From: Octopus sinensis
Lineage: Eukaryota
Length of the DNA: 64,000 nt
NCBI RefSeq assembly: GCF_006345805.1
Contig: NC_043015.1
Span: 18,166,001-18,230,000, forward strand
Direction: 5' to 3'
Numbering within the stretch: position 1 is the stretch's first letter; each line of letters begins with the position of its first letter. Positions 63,277 to 64,000 of this stretch are shown in pieces. The position numbers and the translations under genes are program-made. The notes beneath the pieces were generated by a model. It did not search any database. It worked only from the letters and a program-made list of their open reading frames with translations, and was not told where the DNA came from.

Positions 63277-64000
63277 GTCAGGTCACTTTCGAGTGCTACT
63301 GGTAACATGTAACCTAGTATAACCTGTTGCATGGTCGGGTCGCCAGCAACATCCCTGAGCCTACGACTCATATTGGCACCAGACATCTTGCTCCGGCTTG
63401 TCTCTGGATAATGTCAATAAAGTGGAGAGGGTCTATGAGGTGTTGTGCAAGCCTTATTGGACCTAAAACTCTGCACAGGCATTGCCGGCCTCTGCTCGAT
63501 ATGTGCTTTTTTTTATTCTATATATATTTATCTTATTTTGAGTATATATTTTTATTTATTTGTTTATTTATTTATTTATTTATTTTTTATTCGGAAGTCC
63601 TGAAGCGATGGGAAGGTGGTGAAGCATGCAGACCCGATGGGTTGGAAGCATGTAGTCAGCGACCTGCATGTAGGCGGCCCATGCTAGATATAAAGTCATC
63701 TCCTTGTCGCCCAAGACAGCGGTAGGATTCGGTTGCTGCATGGGTGTCTGAGCAGCTCCATTTGGAGAGGGCACTGCTCACCTGGAGACTGGGGAGGTTC
63801 TAGAAAAGTGAACCAAAAATTGCCTGTCTTTCCATATCTGGTCAGTTTAGCGCGACTGACGGATGTCCACCCTGCACTCAAAAAACAAAGAGTCTAAAAA
63901 ATCTGGATGGAACTTAAACATTTCATGTTGGAATGTGCGCACTCTGTTGGACAACAAGAGTGATTGCAGGCCTGAAAGACGCACTGCACTTGTTGCTCGT
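63277..64000 (+). mobile_element. RTE-clade LINE 5' end, continuing beyond the window
   Basis: The last about 110 nt translate as WNLNISCWNVRTLLDNKSDCRPERRTALVAR, the canonical RTE endonuclease start. The 5' boundary is approximate. Confidence 0.8.

Overview
Eukaryotic (animal) genomic DNA. It is AT-rich and packed with (TA)n/(ATGT)n microsatellites and transposons. The SINE families and repeat style point to an octopus/cephalopod genome (inference, not verified). Host coding sequence is only about 1.1 kb: the last exon of mitochondrial MnSOD (SOD2, +) and the two coding exons of GNB1L (WD40, -, 319 aa), arranged tail-to-tail. Two decayed gene copies missed by the ORF track are present: a CpG-eroded histone H4 fragment (2651-2830) and a TOE1-like fragment (about 11850-12590). 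The rest is mobile DNA: Tc1/mariner, piggyBac, Helitrons, an LTR retrotransposon, RTE, L1/Tx1, CR1 and RLE-type LINEs, tRNA-derived SINEs, and several Penelope-like elements (PLEs; Neptune-like and Nematis-like). The most striking signal is about a dozen type I hammerhead ribozyme folds from several unrelated sequence families. All have palindromic or near-palindromic helix III, and they sit mostly at PLE termini and in fold-back inverted repeats. One, at the 3' end of a near-complete Neptune-like PLE (41717-41767, -), has a swapped G3-C8 catalytic-core pair plus an extra A. All folds were paired by eye and none is tested. There is a 100-N assembly gap at 52634-52733.
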